DNA of 64,000 nt from Barthelona sp. PCE (taxonomy: Eukaryota). How positions within the stretch are numbered: position 1 is the first letter of the stretch; each line of letters begins with the position of its first letter. Shown here one piece after another: positions 28,501 to 38,128 of this stretch. Position numbers and translations under genes: made by a program. The notes below the pieces were generated by a model that searched no databases, was not told the origin of the DNA, and saw only the letters and a program-made list of their open reading frames with translations. The DNA lies in contig JAUFOR010000008.1 of the NCBI GenBank assembly GCA_040285745.1, positions 1,302,001 through 1,366,000 of the forward strand. Direction: 5' to 3'.

Positions 28501-29897
28501 ATCTCGTCCGATGCCCCAGCTTTATAGGGTGCGGCGGCGTGAGTGTGCGCTCTGGTTATCATGGGGCTTCCTACGTTGTACGTATGAACATGTTCTTTGG
28601 TTTCGACATACAAACTGCTTCGTCTGTCAAACTGAGGTGGGTATATCACGACATTGCAGTTCCATCGTTTGCGCTCTCAGACAACGGATGTGCATCAATA
28701 CTCAGCCAAGGCATTTTCTGCGCGGACTGCACGAAGTTCTACTTGAAGAACAGTGTGAACAGAACAGTTATAAGAAACTTCAACGGTATGTGTCAGATAT
28801 GTCCGATAAACGCCACGACGTCTGTTGCAGTCATGCTGTTGCTTATTCTGTTGCTTGTTGTTTTGTACGTGACCGTTACGAACGATATCGTGCTAGTTAA
28901 GTTAGGGGGTCTTCCCATATTCCAAACACGGCCTTTCAACCATTACTCGTTGACGTTATTAAAAATGGCATCTCACGTACTGCTTCCGTTGTTTACTACC
29001 AGCACTTCATTTTCGAGCGGCACTTCATCTTGGCAATTGTTTTCTCCACTGAAATGGCACCTATCGTTTGTGTGTGTTCTAAATTACTTTATAGACGCAC
29101 ATGATGTTGGCGCAGGATTGTTATTGTTTGTTATGTCAATTTTTTTTGTTTTCATTTTATTGTCACCGATGATTAAGTATTTCATCTCTTTCAAGGGCTC
29201 CCGCGACAGCCATTTCTTTTACAAACGTGCTAAGATGAAGTTCACATTGCTCATATTCTACCTCTTTCCAATATTGCTTGGGAATGTTTTGTACTTGTTC
29301 CGCAAAGTAGACACTAAATCGTTGATAGAAAACGCCCCTGCATACAAGCAGGATTTGATCTTCCCGGTGATGGATCCTCGTAAGGGAATCACCACCTTTG
29401 ATTGGTTCAAATTGTATTTGTTGAAATCTTCTGTTATAGCACTTGTATTGGTGATTATTGTGATCTATCTCAGTTTTCAGGTGAAGAAGGAGAGATTCAC
29501 GTTGGATAATCCACTTTGTCTAGGTCTTAAAGTTGAGAAAAAGTTTTTTGATTTAATTGTATTTTTATTTAAGATATTCTGCCTGATTTATGCGTATTTT
29601 TACGTTACTTTGACGAATTTAATCATTCTATTTTATTATACAGCGCTTTTTGTATGGTTTTTCATATATCAACCGTATGAAGCGCGTTTTCTTAATTTCA
29701 TCGCTTTGATGCTCGTTGCGTTATGCTGTGGGCTTCGTATGGCCATTCTCATTGTCCCAATCAGTTTAGTTGCAGGTAGTGTCAGTGTTGCAGTTTTGGT
29801 TCATTTTGTGTATTTATCTGTTGTTAAGAATCCCAAGAAGTACTTCAGCCAACCGACTTCGTTCAAGGAGGCGTCCTCATCTCTCCTAAATCATTAA
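25593..29897 (+). CDS. Large cell-surface protein: signal peptide, beta-helix-like ectodomain, Cys-rich stalk, multi-pass TM C-terminus
   Basis: FYIDSVEGNDDNQGT...PFKTI N-terminal motif typical of beta-helix proteins; N/S/T/V/I-rich repeats; C..C..G and CADC clusters; seven or more hydrophobic segments. Confidence 0.85.
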   Translation: MLHTQLFFLLSLVCFASFSRALTFYIDSVEGNDDNQGTLITTPFKTILPVTKACIRNCCIVMLNNDTYSLENVYQILYSYKFTSFTETRPRIVIKNIILSAPTFDNIVLKGSDTKIDIEPLSINNSVVSFKSLSIFHKNETGEEDKVVININNSNIALFQPDFSRLLVKDTNSTSTLTISERSETLELQIIKMKRVVLFYTYIRFEHPIIDTQELVARFTTIECSRTHCYHMGSTVQGRGLSLQNQFSFIRSNSLVFQDIAIDSGLDIEADNAVINGIQGSVCTSSFQVSLTISSDELTLNNVECPTLFVRVSLKDLGRIYNCILGYLMITPIDANKIPSIVADNATVSQAYIDANCNLTNSNVDVFNSFCQIFEGDGNRFGNISLHASSILLRQTVLACDINNNLDMAVFKASSVLLYGMTCDNKVSHRGLTVRTETSTSVEMDSVYFSNCHVQMIFTEIIERVSLTRLGMYNVTGKQLIVFDNQHFAINVHIEHMTVKNSTIPDCITCITHHETTTVCMIDVIVRNSFFGRIHLNSGEDVIVTNSSFIELYASCWKPSDVTFRRLIVSDCTVLNSVLTVADRSDRISVVLVLALIENVQGPTVINLVNSTNLYIVRSTVKDTHLHHGLVLSRKCMFLDVVDGHFHLSSTFSGVFMGFGYVQFRINRSFFYINTTDDSGVLLGSAREGFHYTKITESSFVGTARYIALAPSMELTLNRTTFEFTNRVLHPLLQCTRGNFIFERLTVTTRTSVPLLLCFGECVVAPISVDMELGSFRGKSILFNSDPGLPCQAEIVNMYCTHTSLTEAHMSVEIEVRPLPISAHEDKLALVHFSVSYTSPIIYFIDGEPILKVVSNVHGSTNIRVSSEVKKGSTIELLPFTPNADVTLEPLRFRTPKCDSGSGYNVETDGCYDCVAGYLQLEFNSMKPCVPISSAYFNVDASRLNAISGAYQSVPYDHFLIEEKETLDVYLVRCPSFIGCGGVSVRSGYHGASYVVRMNMFFGFDIQTASSVKLRWVYHDIAVPSFALSDNGCASILSQGIFCADCTKFYLKNSVNRTVIRNFNGMCQICPINATTSVAVMLLLILLLVVLYVTVTNDIVLVKLGGLPIFQTRPFNHYSLTLLKMASHVLLPLFTTSTSFSSGTSSWQLFSPLKWHLSFVCVLNYFIDAHDVGAGLLLFVMSIFFVFILLSPMIKYFISFKGSRDSHFFYKRAKMKFTLLIFYLFPILLGNVLYLFRKVDTKSLIENAPAYKQDLIFPVMDPRKGITTFDWFKLYLLKSSVIALVLVIIVIYLSFQVKKERFTLDNPLCLGLKVEKKFFDLIVFLFKIFCLIYAYFYVTLTNLIILFYYTALFVWFFIYQPYEARFLNFIALMLVALCCGLRMAILIVPISLVAGSVSVAVLVHFVYLSVVKNPKKYFSQPTSFKEASSSLLNH

Positions 29898-30086
29898 TTC
29901 TTATTGTGTAAATAGTTCTTTTTTTTTATTGATGAAAGTTTTCTTTGTTTCTGAATTCATGCTGTGCGGCTAAAAGCTCTCAAAACATCTGCTATTTGGA
30001 TCGGAAAGTGTATACAGACTTGCATTCTCGCATTTGCATTTAAGTACTTTCTCAACAACGCTTTCGCTTTTATTCAACTAGCAAAT

Positions 30087-30743
30087 ATGAAGATCCTCAG
30101 TATTTTCGTTCTCTCTGTTCTTCTCGCACTTGTCAGCGTGAGAGCTGATCCAGGCCTTCTAATTAACATCGCTGCGATGTCTAAGTGCCCTGATTATCGC
30201 GACCTTGTGTTCAACACCCTGAACCCTGCCCTTGAGATGCTCCAGATTACCAAGACAAACTATCCTGAGATCAAGACCGATTTTATTATTGCTCAATGCG
30301 ATCCTTCTCAAGATTTCCCTTGGGGCTGGTCCTCAATGCACGGTCAGTCCGAGCTTGAGGGCGATCTCTGGCACAAGATTGTTGCTTCTGTCGAACAAAC
30401 ACCTCTTGCTTCTTACCGTTTTGCTCAATGTTATCTTGCTCACCAAGAAGACGTCCCCTCCGCTTCCGTCGATTGTATCAAGAAGATGTTCCCAGATGAT
30501 TACGCAAAGCTGAACCAAAAGTTCAACTCTGGTCCTATTTCTGATCATCTCCTTCGTTTCACTTACGCTGCTGTTCAGCGCCTCGGTGCCAAGTGGTCCC
30601 CCACCGTGTATTTCAACGGAAACTCCGTCTGTGAGTATAACAGCAAGAACTGTATGCTCGGTGACAACCCAGCTGATTGGGCTAAGGCCATGTGCTCATT
30701 GTGGCGTGGCGAGCAGCCTGCTGGCTGTGCCAACCTTCAATAG
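30087..30743 (+). CDS. GILT-like lysosomal thiol reductase
   Basis: Signal peptide MKILSIF; MSKCPDY, SMHGQSELEGD (variant of HGxxECxGN), WSPTVYFNG; C-ending codon bias. Confidence 0.8.
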   Translation: MKILSIFVLSVLLALVSVRADPGLLINIAAMSKCPDYRDLVFNTLNPALEMLQITKTNYPEIKTDFIIAQCDPSQDFPWGWSSMHGQSELEGDLWHKIVASVEQTPLASYRFAQCYLAHQEDVPSASVDCIKKMFPDDYAKLNQKFNSGPISDHLLRFTYAAVQRLGAKWSPTVYFNGNSVCEYNSKNCMLGDNPADWAKAMCSLWRGEQPAGCANLQ

Positions 30744-30790
30744 GTTTAGTAATTTTTAATAAATAGTCTCAATTTAGATTTATTTTTTTT

Positions 30791-31387
30791 TTACATTAAC
30801 ACGATTCTTTCCCTTTTGCTCTCTTTAACCATTGAAGAAAGGGTATCCAACGGCGTCATAGTCCTCTTCAATCTAGCAATCTGCTGCAATAACTCTTCTG
30901 TTGAATCGCTAACAGGTGCTGCGTATGTGGATTCTAAAGGGATAGGCATTGTTTTCTGCGCTTCCAAGTCGTTCACGCGCATCGACAGACGTGCATTATC
31001 GGCACGCAACCGGTCTATTTCTGCTTTTGCTTGTGATGGCGTGTGTATGTGGTCATTTTCGAAACTAGTGTTCCATTCTCTTAGAATATTCTCACTTGAC
31101 TTACATTTGCAATACATGCGGTCAAATTCTACACTAAGTGGCTCGATGTATTGCATCAAATCATCGATGAGGTTGTGTAAATAGCGTACTGCTAGTTTTG
31201 ATCCATACTCACCTTTAGCCTTTGTTTGGTAGTGGCTACAGATCGATCTTATCCCACTAAACGTTGGAACAGGCTTCTTTCTGGTCGAAAACAATCTCTT
31301 AGAATTATCCAAACGGTGCAATGGTGCATGTGTGTATCTGTTCTCTTGCGTGATCCTGTTGACCTCAAATGTCTCGTCTTCTGTCAT
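30791..31387 (-). CDS. Hypothetical coiled-coil protein
   Basis: Heptad-like AEIDRLRADNARLSMRVNDLE; start at 31387 or 31453. Confidence 0.65.
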   Translation of the reverse strand: MTEDETFEVNRITQENRYTHAPLHRLDNSKRLFSTRKKPVPTFSGIRSICSHYQTKAKGEYGSKLAVRYLHNLIDDLMQYIEPLSVEFDRMYCKCKSSENILREWNTSFENDHIHTPSQAKAEIDRLRADNARLSMRVNDLEAQKTMPIPLESTYAAPVSDSTEELLQQIARLKRTMTPLDTLSSMVKESKRERIVLM

Positions 31388-31610
31388 GGAAATGCCTCTT
31401 GCTCTCAAAAAAGCAAATGTAAAGATTGAGAAAAGGAAAAACGGGTTCTTCATCTCTATTGCTTGTGAAAAGGTATGTAAGCTGAATCATTGTTAATTAC
31501 AGATGGCTATTTGTCACAAAAATTTCCCAAAAGAACTTATGCAAGAAACTGCGCAATTTCTCAAAAAATCATATTGCGGTTTATTTAAATAATGTGCTAC
31601 ATCTACTCGT

Positions 31611-32276
31611 TTATAGATGCTTCAACTTGCCTTGGAGACATAAAGTTTCAACCAAATCCCTGGACAAATTGTGCCGCAGGTCTTTGTCGAACAAATACTC
31701 TTCTGATTCAAGATATAAGCTACCCAAGTCCTCAGGCGCCTGTACATTGATAGTTTCTGACGTTGGTGCGTGATGATTCTTCCATATAGGAAAGTCTGGA
31801 AAGAAACTTGTGTAATCATTAATAATGTCCCTAAATCTTTCAAAATAACTGATCTCCATTGGTGTAAGACGCTTTCTCATATTGGTTGATAATACATTAA
31901 AGCCTCCAATACGTAGAAGCTCAAGTTTTTCCATACGCTGTTGAAAATATATATGAAGAGCTCGAAAACAATGTTTGTTTCTGTTAGAAAGGAATGTAAG
32001 CTCGTTTGCAAATTGAGCAGCAACAGCAGCAACTTTGTCACGGTAATCACCTGGTGGTAGTAAATCCATTTTGCTCCTCAGGTTGCTGAATGTATTCGTT
32101 AGAGACCGTATACTTTCGCTAATGCCTCGTATCAGGCTGATCATTGTGTTGACGACTGCTTGATTGAACGCAGGAAGTGTTTTTTGTCGATTGATCTCAG
32201 ATATCAGTATTTGAACGATATCCACTGAGTTGTCGTTGAGATAGCTCAGGTTTTGAATTGTTTCCTCTTGACTCAT
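31611..32276 (-). CDS. PSF1: GINS complex subunit Psf1
   Basis: RNKHC...Y..QRMEKL, LTPMEISYF, P....INVQ...DLG and the C-terminal ETL..QGKL of GINS1. Confidence 0.88.
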   Translation of the reverse strand: MSQEETIQNLSYLNDNSVDIVQILISEINRQKTLPAFNQAVVNTMISLIRGISESIRSLTNTFSNLRSKMDLLPPGDYRDKVAAVAAQFANELTFLSNRNKHCFRALHIYFQQRMEKLELLRIGGFNVLSTNMRKRLTPMEISYFERFRDIINDYTSFFPDFPIWKNHHAPTSETINVQAPEDLGSLYLESEEYLFDKDLRHNLSRDLVETLCLQGKLKHL

Positions 32277-32551
32277 AGCCCCAACATTTAGATGTGTAAG
32301 AATGAAAATGTTAAAACGGAGATTTCATTTGTTTTGTTGGTTCATCTATTGGTTTCCGATATTAATTTCCCGTGTTATGATATTTCAAACAATAAAGTAT
32401 GTGATAACATATCCCAAACATTGAAAAATGATATATAATTTTTGGCTGGATTTTCTCTTAATTCAATACAATGTAGCAGGGCTATGTGGGAGAAAATCAC
32501 GGTTGAACCAAGAAATTTTGTTTTGTCTTTTACTCTCCATATCACGTTTAT

Positions 32552-35500
32552 ATGATGTTTTTTGACACTTTAAAGGAGTCTAAGCTATCCATATTTGCGC
32601 TTTGTAAGTGGTTTGCTACCGATAAGTCCCTTAATTTGGATAGCATTGAGTTTTCTGAAGTTTACTCTCAACCTATCTGGTTACAGGTGCTTTACACAAC
32701 AGCTCTGTATCACGGAAAGCACTTTGGTCGTCTTGCCGAATTCATATTGAATTGTAGGGGAAGAATATTCTTTTATGTAAGTCGTTTTCTTCATAAACCT
32801 AGATTTTTGCTCTTCTGTCTTAAAAACATTGACATCTTTACCGCTTTTATCTCCAGCAACGCTTGGAATTACCGTTTTATCAATAGATGTCAAGCAAACC
32901 GAAATGTTAAGGCAAAGGCTCTATTCCGTGATAACTGTGTTAAGATTCAATCTGAAATCCACCTTGACAACCCCCTCACGCTCCCGTACGACGATGAGAC
33001 GTTGTTCTTATATCTCTATCACTTCTTGGTGGTCTCACCCAATCCTTCAGTAACAATCAACATTGGTTTAAAGGATCAAAAGCTGGCCCCTGTACTCCTC
33101 AGAGTCTTGAAGAAGATGCTCGACGAACAAACACCAGAGGCAATCCGTGAACGCATTAAGCGCTGGAATCGCGTTCCTTATATTTTTTACAAGATGATAT
33201 TGAGCGACTGGGATTTAACAACACGTCTTCTCACTGCTCTACACCCGCAACGCGGCGTGGCCAAGAACAAATTCATCGATTGTGTCAATTTGATCCATTG
33301 GCATATCAGAAAGGAATCATTCATTGAGAACTTTTATGGGTATATTTTGAGAACCGATCCTACGCTTTTCATTGACTCGTTTGTTGATGTAGGAGATGCT
33401 TCAAATTGGTTCTACGCACCTTTCCAGTCAATGTTGCAGACCTATGCCCCCCATCGTGTCAAAGATCTGTATGAGGGATACGCAATCCGTGCAATAGAAA
33501 ATGGATACAACCTTAATGATCTATGTGATGATTACTGCGCTTTCCTGTATGGATTTGACTGCGGTCATGCTCCTGATGAATGCTTTTACCGTAAGTCCCT
33601 CTTTAAAGCAGTATTGGATGAATGCATTAAGCAGACAAAGGACACAGAGAAGGACTATGCATATTTCAACTCGAAGATTATTCCGATTCTCAACCAGGCA
33701 TTTGGATTCAGAGAGTTCTTTGATATTCAGCATGAAGCTGCCGTCAGCGTCTTTGAGTCGATGAAGGATAGGGGATTCGCGTACGATCAGGAGATGACGT
33801 TCGTCCTCAAGACCATCAGGGTTATATGTTCATACAACGAGGACAAGGCTCGTTGTGAAGAGGTAGATTTTTCTTGCTTCCCAGGGTGTGAGAAGGTGAT
33901 GGTGACCCAGGCAGAGAAGCTGTTGTTTGAGTGCTGTCTTGGTGCTTATGGTGATGGTTTTGCTGCTTCTGCAATCAATGCATACGTTCGTTTTGCGTTG
34001 TATTCATGTGACACTGAAGTGTGGCACAGATGCAAAGCGGCAATGAAGTTCTGCACCACCACAGTCTCGAATTGGAACATGGAGTCTTCTGTATTGAATG
34101 CTAACTGGTCGTTCTGGGGTAGGGATGTCTTCTTCGACAGGGACATGCAATCTAAGCACCCATTCGTCATGGAGCTCCCTAAGTTCGTGTTTGAAACCGC
34201 AAGGTTGTTGGACGAGGTTAAGGGTGATGATTTCCATACAACGTATAACCAAATTCCAATTGTAATCTTTGCACAATCCCGTGACGAGGACTATCCCATT
34301 GATTTTGTTGTTGAATTCATCAGCGAGTATTGGTCAGAACTCTCAAAGTACGTTATGTTTAGGCGTCAGACAAACGCTTCGTATAAACTGCTGACACATG
34401 CTCATGCTGATGGTCGTCCCTTCCGCACAGCATTTGGAGTGCGTATGAGCGACTTGAAGCGCGGGCGTACGCTCAACGCAAAGCTGTGGGGTCAAGATTT
34501 CAAACTGCATTTGATGATGAAGTATGAGCGTTACACAAAGACAACGATGGATCTTACATTGATGAAGCGTATCTTTGACACTGTTTTCCCCAACCTCCTG
34601 AATATGGCATACGAAATGTATCAGACACCAATGGAGTTTGACAAATTCAAGATAATCTTTCAAGATATCGGGTGTAGAATCTTAAAATGTTTGAATCTCA
34701 CCCAATCATCGCTTTATCTCGATGAAAACGGTGAAATCAAGCAGGATTACTTTGATTTACAGATCATTCAACAGATCGATCAACGTATCTTGAAGATATT
34801 TGTTGATTCAGAATACATAGGCGATCTGAACGTAAAGGCGCTCCTGGAAACTCCCACACGTCAATATTCACCCGTCTATCCCCTCAAAAAGGATATCCCG
34901 AAGAAACTGCCCGATATGAGTTCTAAACCGGATAATGAGTACTTATGGCCGATTGCTTTAGATAGCCAGCCTTTTTACTTCGTCCTGCCTTATTCAATGA
35001 AACGTTCCAAGGTGATTGAGCAAATTGAAGAGATGGTGGCTGAGGTTATCCGAGCCGAAGAGCTGACAGTCAGTAACGTTGACGAACAGACGAAGCTTTT
35101 CAAGCGTTTGTTCACGTATCGCAGCAGTCTTAGTAACATGAGAGCACTTGTGCCCAAGTTGGTTGAGTTGTTGCCCAATTTGGAGTCTAACAATGTGGGT
35201 ATGAAGCGTATAGGCCGTTATATCTCACATGTATTGCTTTCCAACATGCATATTGCTGATTGCAAGGATGAAGTTATCAAGGCATGCAAATATCATAAGT
35301 TTGTGGGTATTGCCAAGCCATACTTTTTGTCATACCTGCTTCAGATGTCAGGTGAAGAGCGCCAAGCATACGTGTCACATTTTTCAGAGACAATTAATGA
35401 GTTCTGTGATGCCGTCGTCTTCTGGTTGCTTGATGTTTCCAAGAGTTTCAGCATTGATATTGATCATTCTAAATTCCTTGATAGAATTTCTCCCGCTGTC

Positions 35501-36562
35501 GCAACAAGGCTAACGTTCAACACCCTTTGTTCCAACCAGACACCAGAAGCTCTTGCTAACTTCACAAGAGCATTCACCAACTCTCCAGACATTGCGCTCT
35601 TGGATGAGGCAGTGAAGACCCTGGATTTGGGCGTTGTTCTATTCGATATGGTCATTCCTTCTTTGTTTACCTCAAAGAATAACTCGTATATTGTTAAAGC
35701 GTATGGAATTTACGACGAGCACACTAATGCAAAGGGTGTGTGCTACGAGTTCCCACTACCAGAGAACTGGATGCGTGTCTTTGACCACATGAGAATCAGC
35801 CCACTCAGTTCAGTTTGCCTTCTCCTGAACATTGCCGTTGTTCATTACGATACAATCAGTGTTGAACTTGAGACGGCTCTTCGTGCCATATTGGAACCAT
35901 TTTCAAAGGCTCATAGTGACTTCCTCGCTACTGGAGCCCATGATCCCATTGACGCAGACCTTGTTAGAGCTGTATCTACCTGGGCTCAGATCTTCAACTG
36001 TCGAGTTATATCTGGATATAACTATTACCCTAAGGTTGCATCTCTTGTAAGTAATTTCGTCCAGATGTATGAACAACTCTGGTCAGTTCTCCCCACAATG
36101 CCACGTGTGTCTTATTTAACTGCTGAGATTTTGAATACATGCGTTAGCAGTCAAAACTTAGATGCTCTTGATGATATTTACGAACGTGGTATTATGTGCG
36201 GTTATTCATTGGATGAATTCGTTTTGTCAATGTCATCTGTTCCTGTGCCTACAAACATTTTACTTGATAAGATCCAAACTGCAATTAATGAGAAGAAGTA
36301 CAATTTGGCAACAATTTTTGTTGCTCTTGGTGTGTATTACATTCCTCAGGATATCCTTTCCAACCCTATTGTATTTGATTTACTTACCCTCAATTCTATT
36401 TCACAATACGTCTTCACTCTCCGTGAGTGGATGACTCTTCTTGTTCGAAATGAAATAATTAAGTTAAAGGTTCCCGAGTTCATATACGTTGTGATGCATT
36501 GTGATGTGAAGAAGCTAATGCCACCACCAGTTGAAGAAACACCTAACAGTGCTGATGAATAA
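32552..36562 (+). CDS. Hypothetical large helical protein (1,336 aa)
   Basis: Uninterrupted ORF with no recognisable motif. Confidence 0.8.
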   Translation: MMFFDTLKESKLSIFALCKWFATDKSLNLDSIEFSEVYSQPIWLQVLYTTALYHGKHFGRLAEFILNCRGRIFFYVSRFLHKPRFLLFCLKNIDIFTAFISSNAWNYRFINRCQANRNVKAKALFRDNCVKIQSEIHLDNPLTLPYDDETLFLYLYHFLVVSPNPSVTINIGLKDQKLAPVLLRVLKKMLDEQTPEAIRERIKRWNRVPYIFYKMILSDWDLTTRLLTALHPQRGVAKNKFIDCVNLIHWHIRKESFIENFYGYILRTDPTLFIDSFVDVGDASNWFYAPFQSMLQTYAPHRVKDLYEGYAIRAIENGYNLNDLCDDYCAFLYGFDCGHAPDECFYRKSLFKAVLDECIKQTKDTEKDYAYFNSKIIPILNQAFGFREFFDIQHEAAVSVFESMKDRGFAYDQEMTFVLKTIRVICSYNEDKARCEEVDFSCFPGCEKVMVTQAEKLLFECCLGAYGDGFAASAINAYVRFALYSCDTEVWHRCKAAMKFCTTTVSNWNMESSVLNANWSFWGRDVFFDRDMQSKHPFVMELPKFVFETARLLDEVKGDDFHTTYNQIPIVIFAQSRDEDYPIDFVVEFISEYWSELSKYVMFRRQTNASYKLLTHAHADGRPFRTAFGVRMSDLKRGRTLNAKLWGQDFKLHLMMKYERYTKTTMDLTLMKRIFDTVFPNLLNMAYEMYQTPMEFDKFKIIFQDIGCRILKCLNLTQSSLYLDENGEIKQDYFDLQIIQQIDQRILKIFVDSEYIGDLNVKALLETPTRQYSPVYPLKKDIPKKLPDMSSKPDNEYLWPIALDSQPFYFVLPYSMKRSKVIEQIEEMVAEVIRAEELTVSNVDEQTKLFKRLFTYRSSLSNMRALVPKLVELLPNLESNNVGMKRIGRYISHVLLSNMHIADCKDEVIKACKYHKFVGIAKPYFLSYLLQMSGEERQAYVSHFSETINEFCDAVVFWLLDVSKSFSIDIDHSKFLDRISPAVATRLTFNTLCSNQTPEALANFTRAFTNSPDIALLDEAVKTLDLGVVLFDMVIPSLFTSKNNSYIVKAYGIYDEHTNAKGVCYEFPLPENWMRVFDHMRISPLSSVCLLLNIAVVHYDTISVELETALRAILEPFSKAHSDFLATGAHDPIDADLVRAVSTWAQIFNCRVISGYNYYPKVASLVSNFVQMYEQLWSVLPTMPRVSYLTAEILNTCVSSQNLDALDDIYERGIMCGYSLDEFVLSMSSVPVPTNILLDKIQTAINEKKYNLATIFVALGVYYIPQDILSNPIVFDLLTLNSISQYVFTLREWMTLLVRNEIIKLKVPEFIYVVMHCDVKKLMPPPVEETPNSADE

Positions 36563-36692
36563 ATTGTTTAGGTTGGTTTGTGAGAAGGTGTGGTAGTATG
36601 ATCAATATTACCTGTAAATCGATGTAAGAAAGTTTTGTGATATTTACACATTCGTTTTTTTGTTTGTACCTCTTTTTAGTTTTTTTGTTTGC

Positions 36693-38087
36693 ATGTTCTG
36701 GGGAATAAGGCTACTTCCAGGGCGTGAATATCTCTATCAAGTCCCGAAATCCTCAAAATTAAGATTTTCTGTTGCATCTTTGGTTTTCGATGAGCATTTC
36801 GAGCGCAGCAAGGATGAACTCTTTGCTAACGTCTTTCTCATATCAGACAACACATCATTTCAGCTCTGCACATTGACATTTAATTCTCCAAATTGTTGCT
36901 TGACTCATGAGTTTAACGAAGATGAATCTTTCAAATTATGTGTGTCGGGGACATCGCCCGTCCACATTTCTGGCTCTGTTATTGAAGAGGGCATTCCTCG
37001 TACTGACATACCGACCAAACGTGCTATTAAGGATATTGTAAGTGCAGCTACAGCAGAGATTATCGCTATGGGTGCAATGTCATCCAGCACATCACCAACA
37101 CCGGTGAACATCCCTCAATCTATAGCTTCATCGCATGAATTAGTAACAATAACTGTTCTTCGTAACCAGCTATCATTGGACGCATTTATGATCAATATAT
37201 CACCTTTTAGTACCCTATGGGAACTTGAAGCAAAGATTATTCGGCAATTGCGAAAGGAGAAGTACTTTCCCACCTCAATTCGTCTCAGAGCTGCAATTAA
37301 GAGGAGGAATGGTGTCATCAGACCTCTTATTGCCATCCCACTGGAAACATACCACTGTACAGTGATGCAAGCTGGACTGGCTAAGCGTAAGTTCGTTTAT
37401 TTGGAACAGACATCTGCACGATATGAAATCCCACTTGAGCTAAACGATAAAGAACGCCCCATCTTCCTCACTGTGCGCCTGTATCGTCCCAGATTACTAT
37501 GTCAGGCCGATGATAACCCATCTATGCAATTAGATGTGAGCGACGTTATTGTCAGTTCAACAATAACGCTCATGCAGTTCAAGGATTACCTAACATCAAC
37601 GCTGGTGCCAGAGTTGCTCCCCGAGGAGACTGTGTTAGTTGATCTGTATCAAGATAACGCCGCACGTTTGTTGGTGAATGAACGTCTAACATTAACAGAG
37701 CACGGACTAACTGACGGTGATATCATCGTCGTAGAGCGCCGTCGTAAGGGCCACTGCTTCGAAGGCGGGGTTCCTACACAGTCAATGTTTAATCAAGAGC
37801 TAAATAACGCTGTTTATGACATTCTGGATTTGCAAGAGGAGGAGTGTTACCGTGTAACTAACTGTGAGGAAAGTGACGACGATTCTATCAGCGAAGAGAG
37901 TGATTTGTTCGCTGAGACGACCGAGGAGGAAGAGGAGGACGAAGACGAAGAAGATGAGGGTCTGCAGACAGCTTCTTCCACTGTCTCTGTATATATTCCC
38001 AGTACCATTGCGCTTGAAACACCTAATTTCAGTCAGTTTGACACACAAAGTGGCTATCAATCTGATCATGAGAGTTCAGCGTACTAA
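36693..38087 (+). CDS. Nucleoplasmin-like (NPL) domain protein with putative ubiquitin-like domains and acidic tail
   Basis: MFWG..L.PG, LCTL and GTSPVHISG are NPL (HD2/FKBP39-type) hallmarks; TLTEHGLTDGDIIVVE is Ubl-like; EEEEEDEDEEDE tract. Confidence 0.8.
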   Translation: MFWGIRLLPGREYLYQVPKSSKLRFSVASLVFDEHFERSKDELFANVFLISDNTSFQLCTLTFNSPNCCLTHEFNEDESFKLCVSGTSPVHISGSVIEEGIPRTDIPTKRAIKDIVSAATAEIIAMGAMSSSTSPTPVNIPQSIASSHELVTITVLRNQLSLDAFMINISPFSTLWELEAKIIRQLRKEKYFPTSIRLRAAIKRRNGVIRPLIAIPLETYHCTVMQAGLAKRKFVYLEQTSARYEIPLELNDKERPIFLTVRLYRPRLLCQADDNPSMQLDVSDVIVSSTITLMQFKDYLTSTLVPELLPEETVLVDLYQDNAARLLVNERLTLTEHGLTDGDIIVVERRRKGHCFEGGVPTQSMFNQELNNAVYDILDLQEEECYRVTNCEESDDDSISEESDLFAETTEEEEEDEDEEDEGLQTASSTVSVYIPSTIALETPNFSQFDTQSGYQSDHESSAY

Positions 38088-38128
38088 ATTCGTGTAAAAA
38101 CAATCATATTTACATATAAACAGTGGGA

